From NCBI GenBank assembly GCA_009845545.1, contig VXZK01000018.1, positions 1 to 46,986 on the forward strand: 46,986 bases of DNA. Direction: 5' to 3'. A program made the position numbers and the translations under genes. This DNA comes from Candidatus Poribacteria bacterium. Its GTDB lineage: Bacteria; Poribacteria; WGA-4E; WGA-3G. This document shows positions 46,914-46,986 of this stretch, one piece after another. The first letter of the stretch is position 1. Every line of letters begins with the position of its first letter. The notes beneath the pieces were generated by a model that was not told where the DNA came from, made no database searches, and worked only from the letters and a program-made list of their open reading frames with translations.

Positions 46914-46986
46914 ATCGTAAACACTATGTCTATGAACTCATAGCGAGTACGCGTTATGAATGGTTGAAAGTGATACGAAAGTTAAT

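Overview
Bacterial chromosomal window. The gene content (two DUF6785-type membrane proteins, two PhyH dioxygenases, a sulfatase, a MoxR/VWA cluster, remnants of sigma-linked beta-propeller genes) and the repeat style suggest Candidatus Poribacteria or a relative; this is inference only. Housekeeping and metabolic genes include hisC, tRNA-Val(TAC), tRNA-Asp(GTC), serS, bioB, pyrK, a TPR-amidase coupled to a GHL10 hydrolase, and GT9/GT1 glycosyltransferases. There are three DNA methyltransferase loci: a truncated N4/N6 MTase, a type II R-M pair, and a DUF1156 MTase plus DUF499 ATPase pair. The most unusual signal is non-coding. A ~446-bp ORF-less insertion (16261-16706) has a consensus sigma70 promoter, a densely base-paired, pseudoknotted ~410-nt RNA-like region and an IS200/IS605-type right end, and looks like an orphan TnpB omega-RNA cassette with an extra 5' domain. 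In addition, several 90-160-bp MITEs of at least three end types each carry a central GTAG-type REP hairpin; removing two of them in silico restores the reading frame of the gene they interrupt.
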